A stretch of DNA of 64,000 nucleotides from Setoptus koraiensis (Eukaryota > Animalia > Arthropoda): the NCBI GenBank assembly GCA_048013815.1, contig CM106586.1:2914001-2978000 (forward strand). The letters run 5' to 3'. This document shows positions 10,301 to 22,300 of this stretch, piece after piece; positions within the stretch are counted from its first letter, which is position 1; every line of letters starts with the position of its first letter. A model generated the notes under the pieces. The model was given only the letters and a program-made list of their open reading frames with translations. It was not told the origin of the DNA and did no database searches. Position numbers and translations under genes: made by a program.

Positions 10301-13300
10301 ATGACAAACAACACACATGACAGACACGTATTCTCCTTGGAATTAACGGTACGTGCCGTCGAACAATGGGGGCCCATTCAATGTAGACAGCAGCAGCACG
10401 CGTTCGCACAAATACGCAAGCAAGCAAGCAAACAAACAAACAAACAAGTGTCTCACCTGACCATTTGACAGAAACCTGGCAAACAGATAAGAGGCAATAG
10501 AAAAATTTCAGTTTAGTTGTTGTCGCTACTGCCTAAATCAATTGGCCAATCCGGCAATCGCCTCAAACCAAACACAATGTTTTTACCTGTTTCTATTTCA
10601 AATGTTGCTGCCGAGTGGCGCGTGATACGCTCAGCGCAGTTATTGTATTTTACCGGGGGCCAGCAACATCCTTCATGGGCGACATACAGCACACGACACA
10701 GAACAACAATCCGGCAACAATATCGGTGCAAATAAAGGACCAATGTCCTTCATCCAACGACAAATAGTATCCATCGCATTGTTGGCCGCTCGAGTTCTCT
10801 GCCCATCGCTGCGACACAACGCGCAGCCTTTCCGAGCGCTTTCCGAGCGCTTTTCGAACGCCTTCCGAGCGCTTTTCCAGCACAAGCAGTTTCATCGGAA
10901 AAGTCCGCTTTTCGGGTGCAGCCCTTTCGGCGCCAGCTGAAAAGTTTTTCGGCGTTGTCGCGCTGCACTTCGGCCAGAAAACGTTGTTTCGTAATTCGTG
11001 CTCTTGTGTTCGCAGCCAACTGGACAGCCCGAAACTCATAAATTATGCTTCAACTCTCCCAGAAACCACCCTTTTCGGAGGCTTTTTTCTCCCGAAATTC
11101 GGAGCTGCTGCCCCATCCGCCGCCGAATTTTCTGGAAAATATTCGCCGGTGCGGTAAAACTTGGCGGATAAGCAAAATGCGTGTTGTCGCATGCTTTAAA
11201 CGGTTTATCACCGGTCCAGATCGTTCGGCGGGATCTTTCGGGTAGCAAATACGAAAAGAGGAAATTTTCGGTCGACTTTTTCTGTCGATTTTTTCGATCG
11301 CTGAGCGAAAATTTCGCACTCTGTCGGCAAATAAAAGCTGCCAGTTGTAAGTGAGCGGGCAAAAGTGATGCGATCAATGTACTTACAGTTGACTTCTAGC
11401 GTGACGCTGCTTGTGGCAGGCGCTGTCAAATTGTTGTTGCTCGCCCGACATGAATAGTTTGCCATGAGATGGTGACGAGTCAACGGTCCCAATTCCAGAG
11501 TATTGCGCAATGTCACCATTGTGTTGGCAAATAACGACGACATAGATGTCACCACTGTCTCGTCTGAGGATGTTTGTTGATTACTTGGCGCAGCCGTTAT
11601 CGTACTGATAGTGGCCAAAAAATCGTCGTTGACGCTAGATAATTGATTGGGCACCTCTATTGTCTGCCCGTTACTAAACACCATCTCGTAGCTGTCGTCA
11701 ATCATTTGTTTATTGTCCCGCCACCAGGTGATCTGTGGCAATGGTTGACCACCTTGCGATTCGCAAATGAGTATCACTTGTTCATTTTCATTGTATGGTC
11801 CAACAAGGGTGCTAGCAGACGCAGCTTGGCCAGCCAATTCTGGCCCCACTAGCGTCTGTCTGTTTCTGTCTCTGATGACGGGCCTGTTTGGGGGCACTGC
11901 GTTACGTCAATACATATATAATAATAATGATAATTGCAGATAAATAGAGCAAGATCTGAAATTAGCAAGCTTGTATATCGGCATAAACGCACAGTATGAA
12001 GTGACACTCACCTATCATCTTGAGCGACGTGACGGAATTCCTGGACTTGGATTTGCGAAAATCAACGCGACAAGTGTAGTCGCCTTGGTCCTCTTTTATC
12101 AGTGTGTCAATTTGCAAATTTGCTATCAAATGCTTTTGCTTGCTGTTCCTGGTTCGCGTTCTTTGCGTTTTGACAAATTGTTTCGAGTTATTGTTATCAC
12201 CACTGAGTGTTTCGCCGTTGAGAGCTTGATTATTGCCGGACGCTGACGACAATTCATCATTATCACTGTTGTCGTCGTCGTCGTTGTCGTCGTTAATGTT
12301 GTCTGAATCATTATTTTGTATCAATCGGGCCGTGTGTTCGCCGCCATTAAATGCCATTGCATCGAACGACGACAGCTGACGAGATATAGGAATCATATCT
12401 GGGCCGCCGGAGGCAAAACCAGAACCGGAAGTGCTGGCGGCACCACCAGAGGACAACATTCTGAGCGGCGACGGTAACATTGGCAACGAGATCATTGATT
12501 CGGCAATCAGATCTCTAGTTAACTCTTGCTGTTTTTTCTCATTGGCGCTGCTGATACCGGGTAGCTGTTGCCCGTTAACGATCTGATGATTTGAGGTGAC
12601 GCCAGCTTGATGGTGGCGCCTCTTTCGATTCTTTCTGTGACTAGATTGCTGAATGTTTTCTGGCTGGAAATTGGCCTTATTGGGCGCCGATTGTGAGCGG
12701 CTCTGAACTGGTTCGGTCAGCAACACTGTTCGGTCACTTTCTGAAACGACGGTGTCTTCGTCTTGGTCGCCGTTGTCGTCATTCATTGTCCTTCCGGTTC
12801 GTCTCGTGTGATAAATTCTTTGGTTGGGGCGATTCGGTGCATCGCTGTCAACGCTGTGCTGGAATCTGGCCGCTTTTTGCCTGGATTGGTTGTCGTAGAT
12901 GCTAGTTTGCAGCAGTGCAACAGATCTCTCAAATCTGTCCACTGAAAGCCTATTTAAATTATCATCGCTGCCATTGGTTGACGCATTATTTTTGTTCGCT
13001 AAAAACAACAATTGCCTAGTCTCACTATTGTTGATTATATGATAATCGTGATTGTTATTGTTGATTTGTTGGCCGATGGGCTCGTGCTCCAGAGACGAAT
13101 GTCTCCGTTTGCGATCATTGCCGACATCCGATCGGCGCCGGTGACGATGACGATACCGATCACCAGTGGGGTCGTCCGAATTGGCCGGTGCAGCATTATT
13201 ACTGTCGGCCGTGACTATCTGAAGCGACGACCTGCCCTCAAGCCAAGCGCCCGCTTTGTGCCGGGCTTGACCAATGGGATAAACGCGCGCATCAACGCTA

Positions 13301-16300
13301 AGCAACGAGCAGTAGTTTTTTTTAGGCGAGCGTTTCGTCGCGGCGAACGGCAAAATAATAACGGAAATGTGTCAGAAACGTCATCATGGGCGGGAAAAGA
13401 TTTAGTTATCATAGTGTCCGACAGTGAGCAGATATGTGAGCGAAAATGCCACAGAAATAGCACAGAATAAATGCTTCGAAAAAAGAAAAAAAACAGAATT
13501 GGGTCGACCAACCGGAAGTCGCTACTCACCTGTATATTGGCACGGTTGATTCGTCTTTGAACCAGAGTATCAGCGATATGGCGTCATCGCTTGTGGGCGG
13601 GCTTATATTGCATGGAATAATCAATTTATTTCCAACGACACCCTCCATGGTGTGATGGACTATTTGGTGGTGGCTGGCCGAGGCGGCACGAGCCAGTTTG
13701 GCGCTGCTCGTGGCTGGAACGGAATTTGTTTTGTCCTGCGGTGGCTGAGAACTGCCGGCTCGCTGAGCTAATGAAACTTCTGCATGAAACAGTTATAATG
13801 GTGGGGCGAATTAAAATATGCGAAAGTTAGTTTTGGTGCAAATTTGGTTGGTTTTGGTGGATCAATGTGATGGCGAAAAAGAGGCGCAATTGTGGCGCGA
13901 AATCTCATAACTAAATAAGATCTTGGTTGGGTGAGCGACAAACGATTTTGCATAACATGGCACACACAGTGTTTCAGGCGCCTTGACAGATTTCTGACGT
14001 AATATCTCGGCCGACGGATGCCGAAATTGGTGGCCCGTTGTGGGCGTCAAGAGAATATTACAGTATTACACACAGCAAGTTGGTATGATTAAATCGAGGG
14101 CACAAGTGGCGTGTTTGTGTGATGTGCCCATTGTTTGACGTCAGCGCGATCTCGCCATCGCGAGATGGCGAATATCTCCAAAAGAAACCAAGTGGAGTCC
14201 CAGAGAAAAAGATACACAGTTGTTGTCGTTGCCACTGTGCTCATGTGAATAATGAATTCAATTGATACAGTTTTGGTTGGTTGTGCATTGTTTAGTGAGC
14301 TGCAAATTCACGCTTGCTCACCTAATGGCGAAATGAACCAGTCCGCTTGAGAAAGTTGTCACATTGGACGCATAAGATATCGGTTTGGCCGAAACGTTGT
14401 CTGCCTGTGGGGCTCACCTCGAGTCAATTGAGTTGGCCTCATTTCAAACGTCGGGTCGGATCGGTTCGGTTGGGCTCAGACGCGCTCGAGTTGTCACAAT
14501 AATATCAAAATGGCGCTTGTCTATAATAACAACTATATCCGCACATTATTTTAGCGTGCGTTCTCTGGCTATTGGCCGTATGCGAAACAAGCCAACATGT
14601 CTCATACTTATTACTAGAAAACTTCAACTTTCAACATAAACCTCTTTCTCGGCGCCGCCGATAGCGACAAAACCCCAGATTAAATTGGCTACCCTGATCG
14701 AGCTGAGCAAGAAAGGGCTGATTTTTACGAAAAACGAGATCGCGGAGGAGGAGCAGTAGTTCAGTGGGAATTTTCGTAAAATTTTTTTTTTCCAATAATT
14801 GGTGCTCGCGAAAAGGCCTGTTAACCATGGGCCAGGCGCCCGTTGTCTGCGAAATTTCGCAACAATTTTCAATTTCTTAACTAGTGCGCTTGTTTCGTCT
14901 TAACTGGAGGGGCGAATGCGCATACAAAATTCATTTTTTTTTCTTTGACTAGACATCTCGAAATTGGGCGCTGTGCGCAAAAAAGAAAAATGTTTTCGTG
15001 GTGCCCAGAAACGGTTCAGGGTCAGATTCAAGTACGAGCCTGTTTCATGCTGATGGGGTTTACCTTGCTCGAATCAGATTGTCCTTCTGGGGCGCTTATT
15101 TTTGAAAATCAATCACATAAATCAATCAAATATCGACACTGGCCGACTTGCTACATCGTAGCACGTGGTTACAAGTGCAAACAAAACGCACATCGCCTAT
15201 GCGATATAGGGGACAAGAAACGCGAGCGGCGAGTAGAGCGTTAAAGCGCGCCAACCAGTAAACTGGGGCCTGTGTGCCCCAGTTTCGCCGGTTGGCCTCA
15301 TTGCTAATGACCTAACTTGTTTGCAAGTCGCGCATTCGCGCAATTCGCAGGATATAGAGCAGTCAACTAACAAACTGCACTCATAGTCTATTGAATTGGG
15401 CTAAGCTACAATACATTACGTAAGCACAGGTAGATCTAGGCGTCATCGCAACAAACAAAGCGAGTTCTCTTTGACAAACTTTGCACTTGTTCGTGCGCCA
15501 TTCGATTCAATCAACCACCACACAAACACAAGCGGCTCTCCCGTTACACTGTGAGTATCTAACAGTTTTGCTACGATTATGATATAATAAACAGACTGAA
15601 GCTTGTCGAACGCGGGCCTCTTCGCCCGCTCGAGACCGGACGGGCACCGGCCAGCGGCCACCCCTTGCCCGACCCGTTTTGAACGTGTCCAAAGCGGGTC
15701 GCTCAGTTGCGCAACTCGATTGATTCACGGGTAGCGGTTAGTTAGCAGTCAAGTTTTCGGCACACTTTATCAGCGCCGTGTTTTGTGTTTTCTCACAAGT
15801 CTCTCACATTTCTACATCTGTTTGTGGGAAAATGCCCCGGGGCATCAATGACCCAGACGTCTGAAGATAGCCAGCAACTTCAAATCTCGGCCAGTTTTCG
15901 ACCTGGCGACTTGGTAAGATTTTTCGACGCATAAACAGCTCGATTTGTTGCGAAAATTCTTGAAAAATGACCAGCCCGTCCGACAACAGCCTACTCACAA
16001 GTATGCTGTTCTGAGTTGCATACCCGAACCCACAAGGCCGCTGTTTTCTCGGTATGCGCTTGCGGGCGCCCGCCGGCCGCTCGGGTGGCGGCGGCTCCGA
16101 TGCAGAGCGCATAGATAAAAACAAATTAAATTACCCGAGCCCGCGGAAGCTCACCGATGTGAGCAGTTGAGCAGTCAGCGTGTGTGTGTGTGTGTGTGTG
16201 TTGTGTGGCAAATTTAATTTAATCCGGCGCCAATTGAATTATCATATTCATCATTATTGCAAGACTCGGTGGACGAATCGTGTTGTTGCTTATTTATTCG

Positions 16301-19300
16301 GGTGTTGTGGTGATTGGGGCCGAGCGGACAGCAACAACAGCAGCGCCGGGCATAATTAGAGCGCGAGACGCGTACGCCATCACCGCGTGGGTATACGTAC
16401 TAGCGATAGCATTTCCGCTGCCGACTACCGGTGGGGCCAGAAAGTATCATTATGGCCGTGTTCGGTTGGCCGTCGAGCAGAGCGTGGGCGTCTTGCCCGT
16501 GCGAGCCATCGGCAAGACGATTGTCATGGCGACAGTAGTTAGATGACTGCTTCGTTCGTGTATTCAATTGAGTGATTCTGGCTCAAATTGATTAGCGTGC
16601 GACTGGTCAATCTGGCAAGCGATTGAGGCGAACAAACGAAGCACGACAAAGGAGAAAAGAACAAAGAATTACGTGGAGTTGGCGCGCTGCGAATTCTCGC
16701 CAATCTTGGGCCTCATCTCACCTGTCCAACTGGCCAGGTGCGATCTTGATTTGGCGCTAGCTGCGCGCCTCGTGGTGGCAGCATTAATTTTGTGTCAGCA
16801 TATTTACTTTGGTGTGTCGTCAACTAGCGCCACCTACTCCCCCCTATCATACCCGTACGCCCGCTGTGCACACATACACACGGACAGGTGCAGGCAGGCG
16901 TACCGGACAGGTACGGCACACACACACACACACACACATATAAAAATATTGCTGCTTATGTAAATTTGCACCACGCAACCTGGGTATTATGTAACCTGGG
17001 TATTGTGGCCGCATTAAGTGGCCCTGGCCCGCGACCTGGGCCCCGTTAACATTGTGCGCCGTTAGCACAACAAGCTGGCTCGGGGCCGTTGTGCCACACT
17101 TAACATAATGATGATAATAATAATAATAACTAGCAGACTAGACGCACACTGCAGACAGTCTGTCGTAATCTCATCGACAGCGCCAGCCAGACAATTGATA
17201 ATGGGTATTTGTAACAAAATCCCTGCCCAATGGCACACAAACAGCACACATATTACGCAATAACGAGTGCCCATTGTGAGCGAGAGATGGCGCGCTTCGA
17301 TTGAGCAAGCTCACGAATCCTGAGTCAGGATGGGGCCCATTTACAGTGCATGTAGCAGTGGTACAGTGCTCACAGTTGCGTGATTGTTATTATTATTAAA
17401 ATTGATGAGGAGCCGGCCGCTGCTTATTATATCGGCGAGTTCATTATGACCATTCAAGCAGCAGATGAGATGGCGAGCAGCGGGCATAGTTAGCGTCAGC
17501 GCGGTGGCCGCGTAGCGAGCGAAGACGCAAAGTATCTAGCGACCAGTCGCGACAAGCGACAAGCCAAACACCGCAGCTAACTGGTTATTCTAATTTGTGT
17601 GTCGCCCACATATACAATGTCATTGTTGTTCATTGGTTCGCGCGCTGGCCGCCAGCGGACAACAGCGATCAGCGGCAACCGGCGGAACCCAACGGCAACC
17701 AGCGCCAACCAGCGGATATACAATGTATAAGGTTAATTAACGCGCGGCAAGGAGATTGGGGAGCTTGATTGGCTTCAAGTGAACCCGGCGGCCAACAATA
17801 GACACCGCCAAGCGGCCCGTCGAGTCGGCACGGGCGAGCCAAGGAGCGGCGTGATTGCCGCCCGGTCCCAAATCCGAGCGCCGAGACTCGTGTGGGCCCA
17901 GCGCGCCAATTGTGTTATTTATCGCTCCAGACTCCGCAGTCTCGGGGTTGCACTCTCGAATTGGGCCCGCCAATCGCCATTAAATTGGCACCCCATGTCT
18001 ATTCATTAGTGCGCGCCTCGGGCTAATCGATCGCCACCGGCGGCCATTTCAAAGCGGTGCCTGGCACCGGCCCGAGCGAGCCTCTGCACTCCAGAGTCTG
18101 GAGCAACCGCGTGACACGAAATACCTCAGCGACACGGAATACCTCGATGACATGAAATGTCGCGCGTCGCCACGACAAAATTGCCGATGCAACCCGGCGC
18201 GGCATCAACCGAGGCCGCGCCGGGCAGGCTTTTCTCGGGTGCTCGCGAACGGCCCAGAGAAAAGTTCCCACACACACCGAGAATGGCCAGAGCGAAATGA
18301 TAAAGTGATTCTTCGCTCGGCCCGCTCCTCGGGCCTGAACCCGACCCTGCAGCGTCCTTCGATTGGCGCGCCTCGCCGGGCGAAATAATCGATATTAATG
18401 ATGGAAACAACATTTGTCGCGAGCTTGTTGTTGGCTCGCTGCGAGTGGGCGCCGTTCCGGGGCGCCATTGTTGCCGGGCCCGCAATCCGCGCCGATGCGA
18501 CCGACTGTGCCGGATCGGCGCATCATTATCGCAGACACAACTGGATATATATATACGCCATTCATGTGCAGCCCTTATGATACAGGTACAGGACAGGTGA
18601 TGATCATCGGTGAGCCGATATTGTCCAATCTTTGCCACGGGGCGCACATCTTTTTGGGTGCAAGCCGTCATATATCGCGCGCACTTGCCAAATCGCGGCC
18701 GGATTTGGGGCCAACAATCGGCCCGCTCGGCCAAATGGCTATCAGCGGACAAATGATTGCCCGCTGTCTCGCTAGTTTGTTGTTATTGTTTGCCCGGTCG
18801 CCAGGTCGCCAGCGTGCCCGCTCACCTCCAGACGGGCGTGTTCGGAGGTGAGCGAGCCCGATTGTAGAGAATCGGAAATTGTTTCTTAATGATGACAGAT
18901 TATGATGATATTCGCGCGCCAATGATTTGAAAAACACGATGTGCGCGCCGATGCGCCGGCGACGCAATGTTCATAATGTTACATGTAGTGGGTCCGACGG
19001 CGCCGATAACTGCAAATAACGGCCGACGGGCGCGGGCTCCTCGGGCCGGTCTGTGCCAGTCGAAGCTCGTCAGTTGGGGCCCCGAAACGCGCGCCACAAG
19101 CGACGGCGAGCGCAACAACAACGCCAACAGCCACGACAGAACGTAATGAGGGCGACAAACTGGGGCCCGACTGCAAGCGTCAAACGGCTGGCTGCGACGA
19201 AAAAGCGGCAGAGAAGTTTTCGCCGAGACTCTCGTCCTCTCGCCAATATAATCATGTGTCAATTGTTTGCGGATTCATGGAGTCAGCGCGCGCGCGCGCG

Positions 19301-22300
19301 CGAAATCACTGAAGCTCAAAAATAAGCTCCGATGGCGCTCTCTTTCTTTTTAAATATTGAAGTAACCTCTCGGCGCCCACTGGGCCCCGTCGGGTGCACA
19401 CTGCAGCAGGCTGGCTTGTCGCACTGCGAGGGTAATCGCGCCAGCGGGTCCCGCACTGGAGTGCCAGACAATTCGCGAAAGATACCAATTCGGTCGGCGG
19501 CATCACGATAGTTTGCCAGTATTCGCGATAGGTTCTTCCAGAGATTGCGCACGGCTCGCAAAGGTGGCGTCTCGGAAGCGGCCCGAACTGAGCAAACTGA
19601 AACCAAATAAAGAATTGCCAGCAAGACGACGCCGAGAATATTCGCGCAACAACGCCTCGCCAGCTCGTGTCGCCCACTAACGACGCCAGCATAATTCAGG
19701 CGGATATTTGTGCTCGCACAAAATAAGAATTGCGAATTGCAAAGTAGCGCTGCGCGCCAATCGGGACCCGCTGAGTGGCGCCCCCGTAGTCGCTTTTGTG
19801 TAATTATTTGTGTGTGTGTGTGTTTATTGTCGCGCGTCGTCCCATGTCCTATCGCTATTTGCTATCTGCCGGCGCTATCTATTATCCATCTAAATAGCAC
19901 ACCATACACTTTTGTGGGTGCGCGACTCGCCGAGTGTTGCGACTCGCCGAGTGTTGCGACGCACCAAAGCGATCAATGGCACGGATCAAATTCGTTCGAA
20001 TGGGGCCCCATTGCCGACCGGCTCGATATCATATCTGCGCGATATATCGTGCGATCAAAGGGCGCTGCCAAACGTAGCCAAATGATGGAACGCAAACCAA
20101 GGCGACGACCTAAAAGGAAATATCTCGTCGCATTGGTGGCAACAAAGAACAAACAATTGAACAACAAAGAATCAACATTAGATGAGTGCGAACCCTTTCA
20201 CCGGATCACCGAGGGGTCGCGCGGCGCCGCAGCGGATATCGGGCCGCTCCGCGCCACATTCAGCGGCCACCCGGCCCGGCTCGGGCAGTACCGGTGACTT
20301 GCAACTGGGCTCACTCGTACTCACTTATGCCCGGCGGGTAACCCTTAGAGCTGGTGCGGTCGGCGGCCCGACGCCGGCGATGTGGCGCGCAAAAACTAAT
20401 GATGGCGAACAGCGACGGCTCGTTGTCGTCGTCGTCGTCGTCGCGCGAGCACTTATTTTGAAACCGGAAATGCAGCGTGGCGTTGTCATCCAGACCGATT
20501 CTAGGTCAGGCACAAGTGCGAGGCTGAAAAAATCACTTTTGTTGCCGTGTGCGAGCAGCCATTTCTCGAATTTTCACCTCTTGCGGGGCCCCCTTCTTAC
20601 CGGGCTCGAACGTTGGATTGAGCGTCGCAAACACCTAATCACTCTCGAGCCCGGCCACCGATATTGAATGTGAATTTGTGTCAGCTTTGGCGCGGAGCCC
20701 GCTACATTGTCTGACTAGTGCCAGTGCGGGTTGAGCATGCAATTCGCTGGCACGAGCACCCAACCTGTCACTGTATTATTATATTCACTTCATTATATTT
20801 AGAGATTATATTGGCGCTCGAACGACGGCAGCTCGGCACAACAGTGCGAATTTGCACCAGTTGGCGCAGTTCGGGGCGCATTTTGGAGCGCAGTTGGGGC
20901 GCAGTTGGTCGCGAGCAAATGCAAGCGACCGAAGGGGCCCTCTGGCTCTTTTCGGCTGCTCCGCAAGCTCCGTTTTTTGCCTTTTAGCGGCGCTCACTAT
21001 TTTTTTTTTCGTTATGTTTCGTTTTGTTGTTTTTCCATCTAGCATCAGTCTATCCATTTCAGTAGCCGGTGATTGGCTGGCGTTGATATTGCCGGGCACA
21101 ACAGAGGCAAACACAACGACGACGACGACGATCTTCTGTGTTCGCTGGCAAGCTGCTTCTTTTTGCAACAAGATGCAACAAGGACCACGACCAAGACGAA
21201 GAGGGGCCCCAGCTTAGCGGCAGTAGTTGTGTGCCTCATTGAGCGTTACGCAACTGCAACAACACTTGAGCTGCTGGCTGTTTCATTTGATTCACTCGGG
21301 CATATTGACTCAACTGGCGCTGGCTTATTTATTCATCCGAGCCTGTCAGTCTCAGAGGCTCCGATGGGCTCGCTCGGGCCTCATCCGAGCGTTGTTCGCC
21401 ATCACCCATCAGGCGCTCGCAAAGCAGCGGCTCACCTGAATATCTGGTTAGCCGGCTGGCGAGAGAGCGAGTTTCCCCCCTCGGCCCCAGTGGAGAGTAT
21501 TGGCGTCACGCCGAGCCCACTCTGAAATGTATCGCATGTAAATCCCCCATCACGTAATGTATCCGCGCCAAATGTGCGAGCGTCCCTCTAGACGACGATG
21601 TTAGTGGTGCTTAATTTTGTAGTATGGGGGGGATATTGCCTTCGCACTACAAAACTAGCTAGTTGGCTCACGAAACGCAAGCCAACTAGCCAGTTTCGGG
21701 CCAGTCGAGGGCCCGGCATGCGGCACTGGCAAGTTGAAAAAAATCAAAACTTTTCCTCTGGAAAAAAATCGCTCTCGCTCGTTGGCCCCCTTCACTTATC
21801 CACCTCGCGACTCGCCAGAGTTCCGCCACGGGGCCCCACGAGTGGCGCGATCTTGCCGTGCTCTCTCAAGTTGTGCCGCCGCAATTCAACAACATTTTCA
21901 CTCAACATTCTGCTCGCTGGCTTTTGGGCCTGCAAGCCCGCGAGCCTGTACGGGGCCCGATGCGCCCGACAGCTTGCCCGACATAACAAACAAACACAAA
22001 ATTTCAACATTATGTGGCGGATAAATTGGTGCCAAAAGTAGCGAGGCAAACGTAGTGGCGGCTCGGCGATTGCAACATAGCCAAGTGGGCACCGTTTCCA
22101 GACAAAAGCGCCATCATATCGGCGAGCCACTCGAGCCAGGGGCCCGCTGCAGGCTGAACATGAGTGATCGGTGGACGATTTTGGGGCCGCGTCGTCGGAG
22201 CGGCTCGAAATAATGAAAACACATAATAATAAAAAGTTGTGCCAGTGTGTTTTTTGTGTGTGCCGATTGATTTCAGCCACTTCACTGACCCCATTGAATT

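Noticed and set aside
21425-21450. Recursive-splice-site-like CAG|GTGAG in the giant intron (also near 50100 and 50450)
   Set aside because: Lacks a polypyrimidine tract. It would need saw-tooth nascent-RNA coverage to support it.
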